Of a stretch of 64,000 bases of DNA, positions 1-13,189 are shown in pieces. The first letter of the stretch is position 1; each line of letters begins with the position of its first letter. A program made the position numbers and the translations under genes. Where the stretch lies: assembly GCA_973895155.1 (NCBI GenBank), contig OZ316893.1, positions 11,599,660-11,663,659 of the forward strand. Reading direction: 5' to 3'. The notes beneath the pieces are model-generated. The model saw only the letters and a program-made list of their open reading frames with translations, had not been told where the DNA came from and searched no databases. This stretch comes from Marsupella aquatica (taxonomy: Eukaryota; Plantae; Marchantiophyta).

Positions 1-1082
1 TTTCAAGTTATCAAAACCCTGGGATTTGACAAGAAGTGGACAAGAAACAATCAGCTTCAATTTCATCTCCCCCAGCTACTCCACATACACCATAAAGTGC
101 AACATTGTACATATTCATCAAGAAAAGGTCAGGCTCTATACCAGCACAAAGGTGCAGCCGGAATTATCGGTTGGCACGGCTTCTATTTTTGACAAATGCT
201 TCAACTTGTAGACTTTTGCTGTCTGCAGCATAATTCATTAAAAAATATCTATTAATTACATTCCCGAACGTGTTCACCGGGTTATCATGCTGAACTATGT
301 AACCAGTTTACGGTCGATCCGCTTGTGCATCTCCCAGTGAGTGTTAGATGAATAATCAAGAAGAAAGAAAACTATACAGGCTGAATTCAGATTACAAATA
401 CAAACTACTAGGAAGAACTCTCCCATGCCAGACACCACCGACTGAGATTGCCCACACCCCCAAGACATGGGCTTAAGATACTAAAGATTGCACACTCTGT
501 ATTCAAAGTCAAAGGAACGAGAATGTATGCATTTTGACACTACTATAAATCTCTAGAAGGCCCTTCCCTAAAAATCCCTTCAAAAGTTAACGTACCGCAT
601 AGTATTAGCAATATCAACTGGGAATCTCTCATGTCTTACCTGAACTTCGCCATTTGGAAGTTGCTTTAGAACTTGCACCTTCACCTTGAACTTTTGCGTA
701 ATGACTGATCTCTTAGCTGCCAGGATCCAATAACTCAAATATTTCAGGCAATTCTCTTGAGCTCAACTGTACACATGAACCTGGAGCTTTTCTAGTCTGT
801 GGATTGGAGCCCCACACCACAAGATGTTTCAATCCAGAATTGTTTTTCCCTAGTAAAGAAAAACGAGAAAGAATTTAGGAAGCCGAAGTAATCACCAGTG
901 AGAGTCAGAATTCGAGGTTTAGTGGTGAGGCGGGTGCGACGCCCGGACACAGTCCACGATGAGGCCTGACTCTTGTCAACTCGAAATGCCAAAAGCACCT
1001 GGAGATCCGAAGTCAGGAAATACGACTCCACGAGGCTCATTAAACCCCCGTCATCGCCACCAGCCTGCTGATTTCCCACCAT
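1..1082 (-). CDS. SEC3: Exocyst subunit SEC3-like, 5' part (gene continues beyond window start)
   Basis: Exons 1082-896, 704-640, 222-142 and 18-1 join in frame at GT-AG sites. Translation ...[10 protein letters not shown]...[63 protein letters not shown] matches the plant SEC3 N-terminal PH-like domain motif (KxYxLKHLSKxE...SGCTFxLGFDNL). Confidence 0.85.
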
Positions 1083-1723
1083 GATGGCGATTCTCCAATG
1101 CCTCCCTCCTCCCACTCAGTCGTTGTCCAAATTGAGGGCAACGTCAACAACGCCTCCAAGTGAAGCGAGGCTGGACGCCAAAGGAAGTTCCGTCCGTCAT
1201 CAAGATCACCAACAAGCAGGCAGAAACTGTGACACGGTGGCCCAAATGATTACGCTGGGAGGGAGTGTAGAACGACAATGCAGCCCTTCGATCCCAAACA
1301 GAAAACGGCAGAGCACAGAAAACGAACTAACAGGAGCGGAACAGAACGGAACGATCTGAGGGAGAACAATTGGAGTCAGAACGATAGATCGAGTTTGATT
1401 TTCAAGAGCCAGAGAGACAGAGTACGAAAAAAAAAAATCTGGTTCACGAAAATACAGTCCTAGCACCTCGTGCAGCTACGAAGAAACTTCTAAGCTACAC
1501 TCCTTTCGATTGACTACGATCGGATCGGAAGGAGCAGGTGAAGCGAGATCAAGCGGTGTTAGATCAGATTTCTCTCACAATCAACTCTTCCTCGAAGCTC
1601 CACACACGATAGTAGAAGATTTCAATGCATGATTTCGGCATCCACCTTCCATTCCCCGTTTCTTCTCGATCAACCTTCACAGTTCACAACTCCATCACAG
1701 TACACTGCTAACGTGGTTTCCAG

Positions 1724-1804
1724 TCTACTGTGGTCCAACGACTCTCGTGTGCTAACTACAGTCGGTTCTGTCCACTGTGGTCCAATGACTCTCGTGTGCT
1801 GAGT
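1724..1804. repeat. Direct duplication with ~47 bp period upstream of SEC3
   Basis: CTGTGGTCCAAYGACTCTCGTGTGCT occurs twice. Confidence 0.7.
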
Positions 1805-3409
1805 ACCAGCTTATTTTTTAAGTGCGAATTTTCGCCAAATTCCACCTCCCCACAAACTGTTGGCCACTTTTGGCTAATATTAGGTACATTTTTAAGGCAC
1901 CATTAGTCACTTTTCCACCAAATCATGGACCCCATTTACCAGAATCTAACTGTCCTCCTTAAATCTCCAAAAATCTAAGGATATCTGACTATCATGATGT
2001 AATTCAAGAAAATCTGATAAAGAATATTCCTAGAATCTACTCTCTTAGAGAAGCCAGGTTCACCACACTGGCTAAAAATAAAATACCTTAAAAAATACGC
2101 TCCTGAGTACAATTGGCTCTGTCTAAGCGAGCAGTCCATAAGCATATTACCTGGTTAAGTGCAAGGCATCCCTTTCTTCCATGTTATTTTACACTGAATA
2201 AGTGCTTTGTAAGCATATTTTCTAAGCGAACACAGGCCTGAAATAATTTTGCTAAATGAAAACTTTATAACCTCTTACCCTTGGTAAACATTGATATGCA
2301 GTTATTGATAGATGCATGCCCATTCTTAGTAGAGTTAAAATGCACTTACTGAGTTTGGACACAGAATTTTGGGCAGGGATACAAGGCATAAGGTGTGTAT
2401 TCCATTAAACCTTGAATGCAGGTGTTGAGGGTTTCCCTTTAATCTCCAGACTCTCTGACAGAGGGGCTCATTAAACATTTAACAAAGGTATGTAAATCAT
2501 GTAAAGTTATTGATAAGTGCACTTTTCAAAGGGTAAGGAATGCAACACCTGGTTTAGTGCATGCTGGATCCTTCTCCTCGAGAGTATGCACTTAGAGAAA
2601 GTTAATTGGATGTCACTATGTTACAGCCACCACAGTTTGCTACACTGTTATATTGTACTTTACTTTCCAGTAAAAGAGACTACAGTAATGCCCATGCAAC
2701 TTGTAAATAATCCTAAAAACAACTTGTAAAAAAATGTAACCTGACAACTTCTTTCCCATTGTGTCATCATGGTTTGCACACCAAAACAAATAATTACTAA
2801 TATTTGGGGTACCTATGAAAACCTCCAATCATCCAAATTATACTATTACTAGAAAATTATTCCCAAAATAATGGATTAGCTTGGCTGGATGCTTGGATTT
2901 TGTCATCCATATATGGTCTTGGGGGTATGCAAGGAGACCATACATGGGAGGTAAAATAACTCATAATGGAATGTGCAGACACCCTTAGTTGCAGGTTAAG
3001 GGTGTTGGGTGATTTAAACACTTACATATCCACTGACTAATCAACAAAATCTACCACTATAATAGAAAGATCCCTTCACTTCTTACAAAAAGTGAAAATA
3101 GTGGGATGCAATCATGATCATTCATTAAGAACACAATTTATGACATCCGTTGGATTTGAGTTGGATCTGTCATCCTGCCATGTACATACGCTCCTTCAGA
3201 AGTACCGCAGGCCTATGAAATGCTAACGGAAGGTATGGTACAATACCCTCCTCCAAGGTACACTGGTACACCTGCCTCAATGGAGTGTGGGTCAGGACAA
3301 TGGACTGATGGAGGCTACATCCTAGGGTTGTACTGTACCTGACTTTTATGACCCTCCAACGAAAGCCAATCTTGAGGGCAGTTATTGCTAATCCGCAATC
3401 CTATAATTC

Positions 3410-3610
3410 ACGATGAAACTCAAGCTCGAGACTCATTAAGAGCCTCCGTACGTAGCTGCCCGCATACAAGCCCAGGCGAGTAAAAACAAATCGAGTGTCA
3501 AGAGGGTATGAATGAACCCCACTTCCTTTGCTGGCAGGATTCAAACCCAAGACCTCCCCTGCCTCACTGAGCACCTCTACCATGCAGCCTATAGGCAACT
3601 GGTGACCACA
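3410..3610 (-). mobile_element. tRNA-derived SINE-like repeat, copy A
   Basis: Reverse complement of 4190-4415. Head has TGGTAGAG...GGGTTTGAATCC (A/B-box-like); body has AAGTGGGGTTCATTCAT and the hairpin GAGGCTCTTAATGAGTCTC. Confidence 0.6.
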
Positions 3611-3809
3611 GTGCATCGCGCCCCGTATTTAACCCTATTCTCATGTCATGGGAAGTGGACAGCGGGCAGCTTAGTACGGGTTAATCGCATTGATTAGTCT
3701 CGATCTTGAGTCTCATCCCTAATATCCTGTAAGTGTTGCCCATTGCCCGCATTTGCTAGATCTGATTTCACATTAAATACTTGGTGCAAGTGAATGTTGA
3801 CACGAAGTG

Positions 3810-4010
3810 GTGAAAGGCTCACTGGTAGCATAGCTCAGTGGGGAATGGGAGGTCCTGGGTGTGAAACCCATTGTGCCCCTGAATGTCTTTTAACATGCAC
3901 CCCACCCAGAAAGTGGGGATCATTCATGCTCATAAAATTTGAAAAAATGTGAAGGGGGCAGTGAGCACGGGCCGGTGTAACTGAGGCTCTTAAAGAGCCT
4001 CAAGATTGCC
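3810..4010 (+). mobile_element. SINE-like repeat, copy B (diverged)
   Basis: TGGTAGCATAGCTCAGTGG...GGAGGTCCTGGGTGTGAAACCC, AAAGTGGGGATCATTCAT and GAGGCTCTTAAAGAGCCTC are shared with copies A and C. Confidence 0.5.
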
Positions 4011-4189
4011 CTTTGTCGTGAATCTGTTATGGGGAGGTGGGTCATTTATTACCCTCCCAGATGTGCAATATGCAAGGAGGGAGGTGCAAGGATGGAGAGA
4101 GAGCAGGTGGGGATGGGGAGACACAAGATCAAAGTTATTCAATGTGATTAGCCCGTACAAAGCTCCCCGCTGCCCACTTTTTTTGATGC

Positions 4190-4415
4190 CACTATCAGGT
4201 TAGTATGCATGGTAGAGGAGCTCACTGGGGCTGGAGGTCTGGAGTTCAAATCATGCAAGCGACAAAAGCTTTTGTCATTCACCACACCCAAAAGTGGGGT
4301 TCATTCATTCCCTCTTGACACTCAAAAAATTTGGACTTGCCTGGTCTCGTATGCGGGCAGCTGTGTACGGAGGCTCTTAATGAGCCTCGAGCTTGAGTTT
4401 CGTTCTGAATGGGGG
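4190..4415 (+). mobile_element. SINE-like repeat, copy C
   Basis: TGCATGGTAGAGGAGCTCACTGG...GAGTTCAAATC head; long near-identity with the reverse complement of 3410-3610. Confidence 0.6.
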
Positions 4416-5489
4416 TAAAGGGATAAAGATAAAAGGGAAAAAACACAAAAATGAAAATAAGTTGAGGAAAGGAAAAGTGGGGAAAATTAGGGAAAGGGGG
4501 CCAAGAAGAAAGGGTTTTTTTTTCTTGTCAATGCTTTTGACATGATTCAAAAAGACTACTAGCCTAGAAATTGATTTTTTCCCCATAAAACATTTTGACA
4601 AAATCCATATAGGGTAGACAAAATACTTCATGTATGAAAACACTTCCCTAACTATATACTTTAAGGTCATGTGTATGCTTATTCTGGTCCTTGTCCTGTT
4701 ACTCTCCTCCATGTGTAAGCTTTAACTTCTCATTATGAGCTATACATGTATGCAAAGCTGAGCAATGTAGCAAAATGTCAGGTCCAATCATGAGTGAACA
4801 AAGGACCTGAAAGTATGATCACGTAAGTATGGTTTCATTTACGAGTATACAGTCTCCAGTATTTCTCCCTGCACATGCAGGTAGACGTACGGTCGCCCTA
4901 TAACTTGTTAAAAGCGACCATACACCCTTAATCCTATATTTAGACCATATGCCGTTAATCCTATATTTAAAAAATATTATTGTACAGAACGACAAGGGTA
5001 ATCTCTTGTCAGTGGGCATCGCAAGGCAAATGATTGTCACCCTGTGATGAAGAACAGGACAGTGTCGTGCCAAAACAATTTGGCTCAAAACTAAATGATG
5101 GATGTTCAACTGGCTAGTGACTTGTATTACTAGTCAGTCACAAGCGATGAGTGGTAGTGTTGGATAGAATGGGCAATTGGTTGGCTAGTGACTCATTCCT
5201 AGTCAACTTCAGGTTGACTGTTTGGATGAGGTTGCTTTGGCTACAAGTGTCAAGCAACAATAGTGCTAAGCAAAGAGTACTTTATATGTACCGAGCAAAG
5301 AGTTGGGGTTGTTCAATCTATTCAATTAGAGAAGGGTTGTTCAAGCTTATTTGAAGTTGATGCCTTGATGTTAGTTTGGAGACTGCTAGTTGTGAGGGAA
5401 CTAGTGAGTCTTGAGGAAAGATTAAGGTTGAATAGTGTTGGAATGAGTTTCGTTGAGGGGGAAGCTTCCCATGAGGTTTTGAAATTGAT

Positions 5490-5670
5490 GAGAGAGAGGT
5501 TGCGGCCCAATGTACATGCCAACGGCTAGACTCTCACAAGTGGTCGACAAGAGAGTGAGGTTGTACGTGCCAACAGCTAGACTCTCACAAGTGGTCGACT
5601 AGAGAGCCAGGTTGCAGCGCAATGTAAGTGCCAACTACTACTAGATTCTCACAAGTGGTCTACAAGAGAG
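5490..5670. repeat. Tandem array, 3 degenerate 51-65 bp units
   Basis: GCCAAC..CTAGAYTCTCACAAGTGGTC.AC.AGAGAG occurs three times. Confidence 0.75.
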
Positions 5671-5695
5671 CTCCCATTGTAGTTGGATTGAGGAA

Positions 5696-6038
5696 TCTAC
5701 AACTATAGTAAGGGATCCTGCATTTTTCCGGTCCTTCGTCCCAATACAAAATAACTCCTGGGCCGAGAATATCCACAACCGTTGGATTTGATTGGCTGTT
5801 TTCCCTGATCATTGATAGAGGAAATGGACACCCTTGGCGCAAATGTGCTTCTCCACCTGCCTCATAAATGCCTTGGCCCGGCTCCCTATGGGCAGGCCCT
5901 TGACTCCCTATGGGCAGCGCCGGCCCCTCCCCTCCCTTTAGGCAGGCGTTCGACTCCCTATGGGCAGATCCTCCTTGCGACTCCCTATGGGCAGGCCCTC
6001 CTTGCGCTGTGAAACGAAACGCAAGGGCATAGGGCTCG
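5696..6038 (+). mobile_element. Non-autonomous Helitron, copy 1
   Basis: A|TCTACAACTATA 5' end. 3' hairpin CCTTGCG...CGCAAGG followed by CTCG|T; no TSD. Internal CTCCCTATGGGCAG minisatellite. Homologous to 51467-51704 (inverted). Confidence 0.65.
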
Positions 6039-6363
6039 TCAGAAAATAAAACACAATATTTGTGAGGTACTAAAAGTGTTTGTCATCTTTAGCTACAGTA
6101 GAAGCGCAGAGCTTACATGAGGAACCCCTACTGTAAGTCTTCGTGAAAGGGTACGCGTTTCTTCCTTTGCCGGCTTGAACGGACACTGCTGTTTACGTGA
6201 ACTGTACAAATCCCCAATGCAAATTCGCAGCGCAACTGGCAGCTCGTGAAGAACCCAACTCGAATGTGATGAGTACTCTGATCATGTGCAGAGCGGATGT
6301 ACGTAGAGACCGCAATCTCGTGAGAGGGAAGCGGGCAATGCCCCAGGCCCAAGGACCAGAACA

Positions 6364-9300
6364 ATGCTGCGCCGTGTTGGTGGAGGGGCGGGGCCGCACC
6401 AGCGTTATTATTCGAAGCGTCGAATTGCTGCTGCTGCTCGACTTCCTCGCCTCCCTCGGTTCACGTTCCGGAATTTCTCGGTTCTGTTGCTCACTCTTGT
6501 CGTCCTCGCTTTCGTTCCTCCCGTCTACCAGCGCTTCTTCCAGGTCTCTCTCTCTCTCTCTCTCTGGCTGCCCTCTGTCGACTGTTTTCATTGCTATGGA
6601 CTGATTGCTCTAGCTGCTGTTGTAAGGGAATTCAAGTCGTTGCTGCAAATGCTTCGTGCTCCCTTTTCCGTTTCAGAGGCCGGAATTCTCCAATTTAGAG
6701 GATTTGTAAAAGCAAAGGAAGAGTTAACACTTACGTAGTACGGGAGAATCAATTGCCTTGGAAGGGACTGAGTCCTCATCAGAAATCACATGTTACCATG
6801 AAAGAGAAAGTCACATCTGTTTGTTTTTGTCGTACATCGAGACTGCAACGAAAGATGATATTTGAGGGTAGTTTGCGTTCGGAGTCCTTTGAAATTATGT
6901 CGTATACAGGACGGTTTCTGCAGTGTGGGTACCTCACAATTATGACAGATCTCTATACCCTGTACGGTTTACCGTAAGATTCATTCTGTATTGTCGACGT
7001 TTTGCAGTTTCAGTCTATTGTTAACTTTTGTCCCGACCGGTCTCAATCATGTGAGAAGGCCTCAGTATGAAAAGTATTGTTTGTTAGAAAGGGTGAAAGT
7101 TTATTTCAAGCTCGAGGTAGAGATTTAGTGTCTGCTTTGGCCTTTATAACATGCCTTCTTTCTATCCTAAGCTTTTGCTGGTTCGTTATGTGATGTGGGT
7201 TTGTTTTATGCAACATCTGGGGCAGTGATTGGTACTGGTCAGTTCCAGTGCAACAGCTTGAAATTTAGTTCTTCCAATGGTTCTAAGATCACCTTCTGAC
7301 AACTGCAGACAGCTATCAGGGCAGACTGTAAATGGCTAAAACACCCACCCCTGGTTTGTGCACATGGAGGAGATTCTTCAAGAGCACCTCCTAACACAGT
7401 AAGTACTTCATACAGCTCACGGTGAATAAGGTGTATCTCGAAGCAAGGGCAGAATCTCTTTAAGGGACTTGAATGGAAAGTGCATCATAACGTTGTGGTG
7501 TTAGAATTTGGCACAACACGCATCTTGAATAAGTGATCTTCTTACACGTGTAAAGGATAGGCCCCGTTCCCTTTTCCATGAGATAAGATAATTTGTATTT
7601 GGGAGGAAATTTATGGGCCCTCTCATGGACACAGCGTGCAGCATACCAGCTTGCAATCGATGCTGGAGTGGATTGCATTGAAATAGATGCATCTCGAACA
7701 TGGGATGGAGTTCTTGTTGCTCTCCATGATAGGTATTCAGTGGCTTACGCGACCTGTTGCTTTGGTTATTCTTCATTTTCGCCGCCCCTACAAATGCAAA
7801 GCAGCCAGCTCAGAAATGAGAAGGGCTCTGTGAAAGCCTAGTTTAGAAGTTAAGTATTGCAATGTCAAATTCTTTCATTGTATGTTCTGGTCCTTGTTAA
7901 ACTTACAGATGGCGTGAGTTTTGAAATTTTCTTCATTGTCATACTCGAGTAATGGTGCACAAAGAATTACGCAAAGATGGTAGGACTAAAGCGTCCTTAA
8001 CCATTTTGTTATGTGTAAACCAATGCTTAAGTTCATTCACAGGGACTTGCAGAAGATGAGTGAACAAAGCAGTGTGCGAGTTGGTGAGTTGACAGCAAAT
8101 AAGGTACCAGATGCTTATAGCAGTCCAACTTGGTCCCATCAACTTATTTTCATTCTGGCCTGGCAGTGATAGTACAGAAAATTAAATTTACATGTCACCC
8201 TGTCTGACAGATCAATGAGTTGGATCCAACTATCGGCTTTTTAGAAAAATTCCCGAGGCAACATGTTCCAACCGTGGAGGATGCCATACAGGTTTGTGAT
8301 ATTCTGCACATCCAAGGAATAATTGATATACAGTTTCCTTGGTATCTTGACCTTGTAAGACGGCCGGGTTGTTTCTATGGCATGTGAAATATATCTTTAC
8401 GTATACCATATTAGTTTTATATTCATTTGAAAGAACAAAATTCAACCGTGAAATTTCTATCACAAATCTTCACTGGAAGGAAGTTCACATAAATTTTAAC
8501 TAGTGTAATTTTATCATTTCGCAGTATGTGCAACAGTCGGTGAAAGAAATCATCATTGATGCAAAAGTTGGACCTCCACTATTTCAGGAAAGACTTTCGG
8601 CAGATCTCATATCCTTGGTACAAATCCCGCCACTGTAGATGTGGAATTTTGCTCTTTGGTTTTCTGTTGCTGTACGTAACGCCTTGAAAAGTTATGCCCT
8701 GGTTCTCTATACTGTCAGGATTCCCCGTTTCTCAGCTGGGGTTTCGAGTTCACAAGCCTCTCTCACAAATATTTGTATGTAAGGGAACAATTAACTCTAA
8801 GAGTGGATCCTAGGCACTTGCAATCTGGAGGAATTTAGTTAAATTGGCTGAAGCGGGACAAATCGTGGTTACAAATAATTCTTGCTACCTGACATTGCTG
8901 ATGAGATCTGAACCTACGTCTTAATCATCATTCTTCAGGTGAAAAAAACTGAATGCAAACGTTGTCTTGTCTGGGCAAAGGACGATAAGGTGGTACGGGA
9001 AATTATACGTCGTTCAGCAAACACAAAGGTAATATGATAAGAGTCCTGGGATTGAGTGAACTGAGTGGACTGTGCTTGAATTGCTCCCTGGAAATCGTGA
9101 CGATGCGCATTCTTTTTTATGTTAAGGCTCTCAAGCCTAAGCATTGGTGTTTCTTATACTGGCTTCCTGAATTTTTCATATTGTTTTACCTTTAGCTGTG
9201 ATCTGAAGCGGAATTGTGTTATACCGAGCAGACTGGCTACATTGTCATGAACGATACAGTGACTGGAAAGATTTCAGAGCTGCTGCGATTCGATGGGGCA

Positions 9301-10179
9301 GAGGTTGTGGGCGTCTTCTATGGCCTAGTGACCAGAAAACTGGTCAGGGTTATCCACAGGTACTGTCGGGGATTGTAGAGTTAAAATTTCAAATAAAATG
9401 AAAGTAATAGTTTCTTATTGGGCTTTCATTGGCGTGTTTGCTAAGGATGTGCTGGGTTTGGCCAAGGCGCCAGTTACATCACGTTGTTTTTGGAGGAATA
9501 GGTCCTTTTCTTCAGTTCTTCCTGGGGACTGCAATTTCCTTCTTAATCATTGGATACCTTAATTGATGTGATGCGGGCCTCCCGTCTAGTTATGATGTTA
9601 ACCACTCGTTTGGTTCTGATGTTAACTTGCCAATCCGAATGATTGTAACTTTCCACGGTCTTAACAACTTAGACAAGAGCATGAGAATGTTCTGACATTG
9701 GATCAAACTTCTAGCAGAGGCCAGACGGGGTAACCAAAAACAACGCCAGGGTATTGGGTTTCATTAACGTGGACAAAGAATGGGCATGACTGTGCCAATC
9801 AAGTAGGATAGCGCACAATTTAGACAGAAATCTTTTGTGGATGGTGCAGAAGGTTAATGTCATCTGTTTGGCTCTTTAATCACGGTCATCAGATGGGCAG
9901 TTCAACGTCGTGAAGGGCTGGGTTGATATAAGAATGCGAAATACTGAGTGCACCTGAGCACATCCTCAATTTTTCTCAGGACACTGACAGAAGTTTGTAA
10001 CCCTTTTGTGCAGAGCTGGAAAGAAAGTACATGCCTGGACTGTGAATACTGCTGATGCTATGATTGGAATGCTCAAGGCCGGTGTGGACGCCATTATTAC
10101 AAATGATCCTAACTTACTACAGGGGGTAATGCAAGAGCAAAGGCAGCTCTGCATGTTGAATGGGTTCACGGCATTCTAA
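6364..10179 (+). CDS. GDPD4: Glycerophosphodiester phosphodiesterase, GDPD4-like, 9 exons
   Basis: Exons 6364-6543, 7309-7398, 7635-7732, 8043-8103, 8211-8291, 8525-8617, 8939-9028, 9232-9359, 10014-10179 are in phase with GT-AG introns. Motifs PPLVCAHGGDS, GVDCIEID, VALHDRDL, IIIDAKVGPP, KVHAWTVN, GVDAIITNDP; N-terminal TM anchor. Confidence 0.92.
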
Positions 10180-12728
10180 ATCTTGTTGGCCATTCAAGCA
10201 ACGATGTGTCCTTTATTCTAACGGTAATCAGCATCGTTCTCCATGAACGGGTCTAGGTAGTCAATCTGTAATTAATTAATTCCTTTGTAGTCACCCTTCT
10301 TGAGCAAATGTGCACATTTCCTCAATCAGATTGCCGCTTCCGATGACTATATGTTGCTTTTGTGAGTCTCGTTTATCCAAACTGCTGATGGAATCTTGTG
10401 ATGTCTCTGTGCGGTAGGTTGGAGGCTGAATTGCAATCCTCCTCACTGGGGTGCATCTACCTTTCAGTGCAGTGCTTGAGAGTATATGAGTAAGTTGAGC
10501 AAAATTTTGTGACCCTATCCTGGATCGCTTACTATGTTTCAAATCTCGAATGGGAAGTATTACGTCGCTGTCAACGGAGGTGAGTAATTGAAGATGGTGC
10601 CATTACATCTCAAAGTAGGAAGTTACGATATAAAAGGGATTACTACCCCTTGTCCAATCATGACCACTGAACTACTATTGAAAGTGAGATACAACTTCTA
10701 CAGGACCATCTGCGGAAAGGTTAACGGTAGTCAGTGTGGACCATTGCTCGTCTCCTTGCCACATCTCTTCTCTCGGAAATCGTTCGGGGGGGGCAAGACT
10801 CGATGCTCCACTCACACTCGAGGTTGCATCCATTCTTGGAGCCCTGTAATTGATGGGTCAGTTAACTCAGTTAGCTCGGATTAAATCAAGCATCTACAGT
10901 AGTTAGCATGCGCTTCTTGAGTCTGGGGATGACATATGCCATTCCTTGGTAAGAACTCCTAGTTTTTCCTTTCCAGATTGGGTAGGCACAATGACAGCTG
11001 AATTGGGCATCGGACGTCATTGGCTTGTAGGAGAAGCCGCATAAGCTAGCTGTGGTAGTTGTCCAATGATGATAGTTAACTCAGTTAGCCTAAACTAAAT
11101 TGAGGCTCGGAAAAATTCCAGTTGTCAAATGGAAATTCTGAGTAAAAGTGGAAGTTGTTCTAAAATCCAGATCTAAAGGCCCTTTGCGGAACCGGTCCAC
11201 ATTATGTAACCCCTGCCCCGGACCAAGCTGAGCTCAGCTAAAGGATGCTGAGCTTGTTTTACTACGGAAGGATGAATGGAAAACTGCTGGAAATTATTAA
11301 CACTTTATTTTGTTTTTGATGTGGTCTAGCTGTTAATTGAAGTGTGTCTAGGTAGAGTGGCAAGTCTTGGAGGTCAGCCTAACAGCTCACTCCAACTGTG
11401 GCAGATTCTAAGGGAATTCTGGCAGTGCCAGTCTATGCGATGGTGTTTTGGGGTGGGGTTTGAAAAACATTGATGCCAAGTGCTTGCACAAAACAATAGT
11501 TTTGTTAGTGGCAAATGTTTTCCAAAACAAATTGGCTTGCTACTAATACAAACTCAGCCGGTAATCTTCCTTGCTTATGACCCATATAGCTCGATCTGAT
11601 GGTCATCCTGAAACTGCAAAACATCCAATAACTCCATGAGATGGGACCACACCAATGTAATTTCTAAGGTTATTTCTTTGTAGCAGGGTGGTGAGTGTGT
11701 GACGGCAAAGATACTAAGACTGTTCCTGATCTAATATTCTAAGATTAATTTCTGCCCATTAGATTTGCCTAGATTTAAGGATAAATGTTATATTCTGGCT
11801 AGTGGGGTATGTGGCTATGTGGGAAACTGGCCAATGAAGGACCAAGCAACAAGAATCTTGGTCAAAAACAAAATTAGCCAAGACTTTTGGTGACCTGGAA
11901 TTTGGCAAACTCTGGCCACTGAAAAAAACTTCTGGACCATTCCACCTTACATATATGGCCCAATACTAAACAAGTTTTACTTTATATATTTTCCATTTTT
12001 TACTGTTCCCTTGCTCAACTGCTTTTGCCAGTGTAGTGGCAAACACAAACAGAGGTGCTTGTTCATGGCGGCAATTGTGAACTTACGTGTTGGGGGCAGA
12101 AAGTGCCAACATGGCACGACAAGGAGCCAGAGGATTTGCAAAATACTTCTCTTGGCGGTAGGTAATAATCATTCCTTGGTGATGTAGTTTGAGCTTTGTC
12201 ATCAAACAAAGTTTCTCAAAGTGAGGGAACGACAGATATTTCCAATATTATGGGGGATTTGAGGACACAGATCATCAACCCTGGTTGAAGGCTAATAGAC
12301 TACAGCCCTAAATGGTTTGTATGTCTTAGTTTGTCTTCATTATGGCCGTCTTCATGATTATTTTATGAAAAATAAAAAAGGCTGATGTAGTAGAGCCCTA
12401 AACCTCCTCAATAATGCTGTCTCACTGAGGCCCTTGTCCTTCCCTCCCACCTTTACTATCTTCTATATTTATAACTTGATGTCCTTAGTGAGTTTTTCCT
12501 TCGTACTTCACTGGGCATTCTGTAGCATATTGTCCAGGTAAAGATATTGGTCACTTAGTTCTCTATTAAGATTCTCCTCTACTTTTACTAAGCTAGAAAA
12601 AACCAAAATCTCTCCAAGCCTTAAAGTATAGGATTAAGTGCATACGGTGTGACCTTTACAAGGTATAGGCCGACCATATGTCGACCCGTCTATGGAGAGA
12701 AATAGTGCCTCTAAACAGGGCTTTCCAG

Positions 12729-12945
12729 TATATTTAGTAATTATTGTAGTCATTCCTCAGCAATTTTGTTACTTTCGTTTTGGGGGGAAGTATATTTCAT
12801 AATGCCCTCTATTGTAGTTCTTCCTCAGCAATTTTGTTAGTGTCGTTTTTGGGGGCAGTATATCCCATAATGCACTCTGAACAGGGCTTTACTGTATACT
12901 GAATATCCCATAATGCACTCTGAACAGGGCTTTTACTGTATACTT
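12729..12945. repeat. Two adjacent tandem duplications upstream of RPN9
   Basis: TATTGTAGT..TTCCTCAGCAATTTTGTTA (~67 bp period) x2, then TATCCCATAATGCACTCTGAACAGGGCTTT(T)ACTGTATACT x2. Confidence 0.7.
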
Positions 12946-13189
12946 AATAATTAATGTAATTCGTGCTGGGCGATATCGTTCCAGTGGCGCCAACGAGTAA
13001 AGTGTGTCGAAGTGAATCGCATCGAGCCTCCTCCCTCGTGTGTAGTGTATACCCATTATTCGCTCTGTTGGCCATTTGTTTGACCCAAACACTTCTACAA
13101 AGATCGCCATCTTCTCGATCCATCCCGTCTTCCTTACTTGCGCTGCGCTGGGCTGATCCCAATTTCGACTCCGATTTTGCTCCGCGAAG

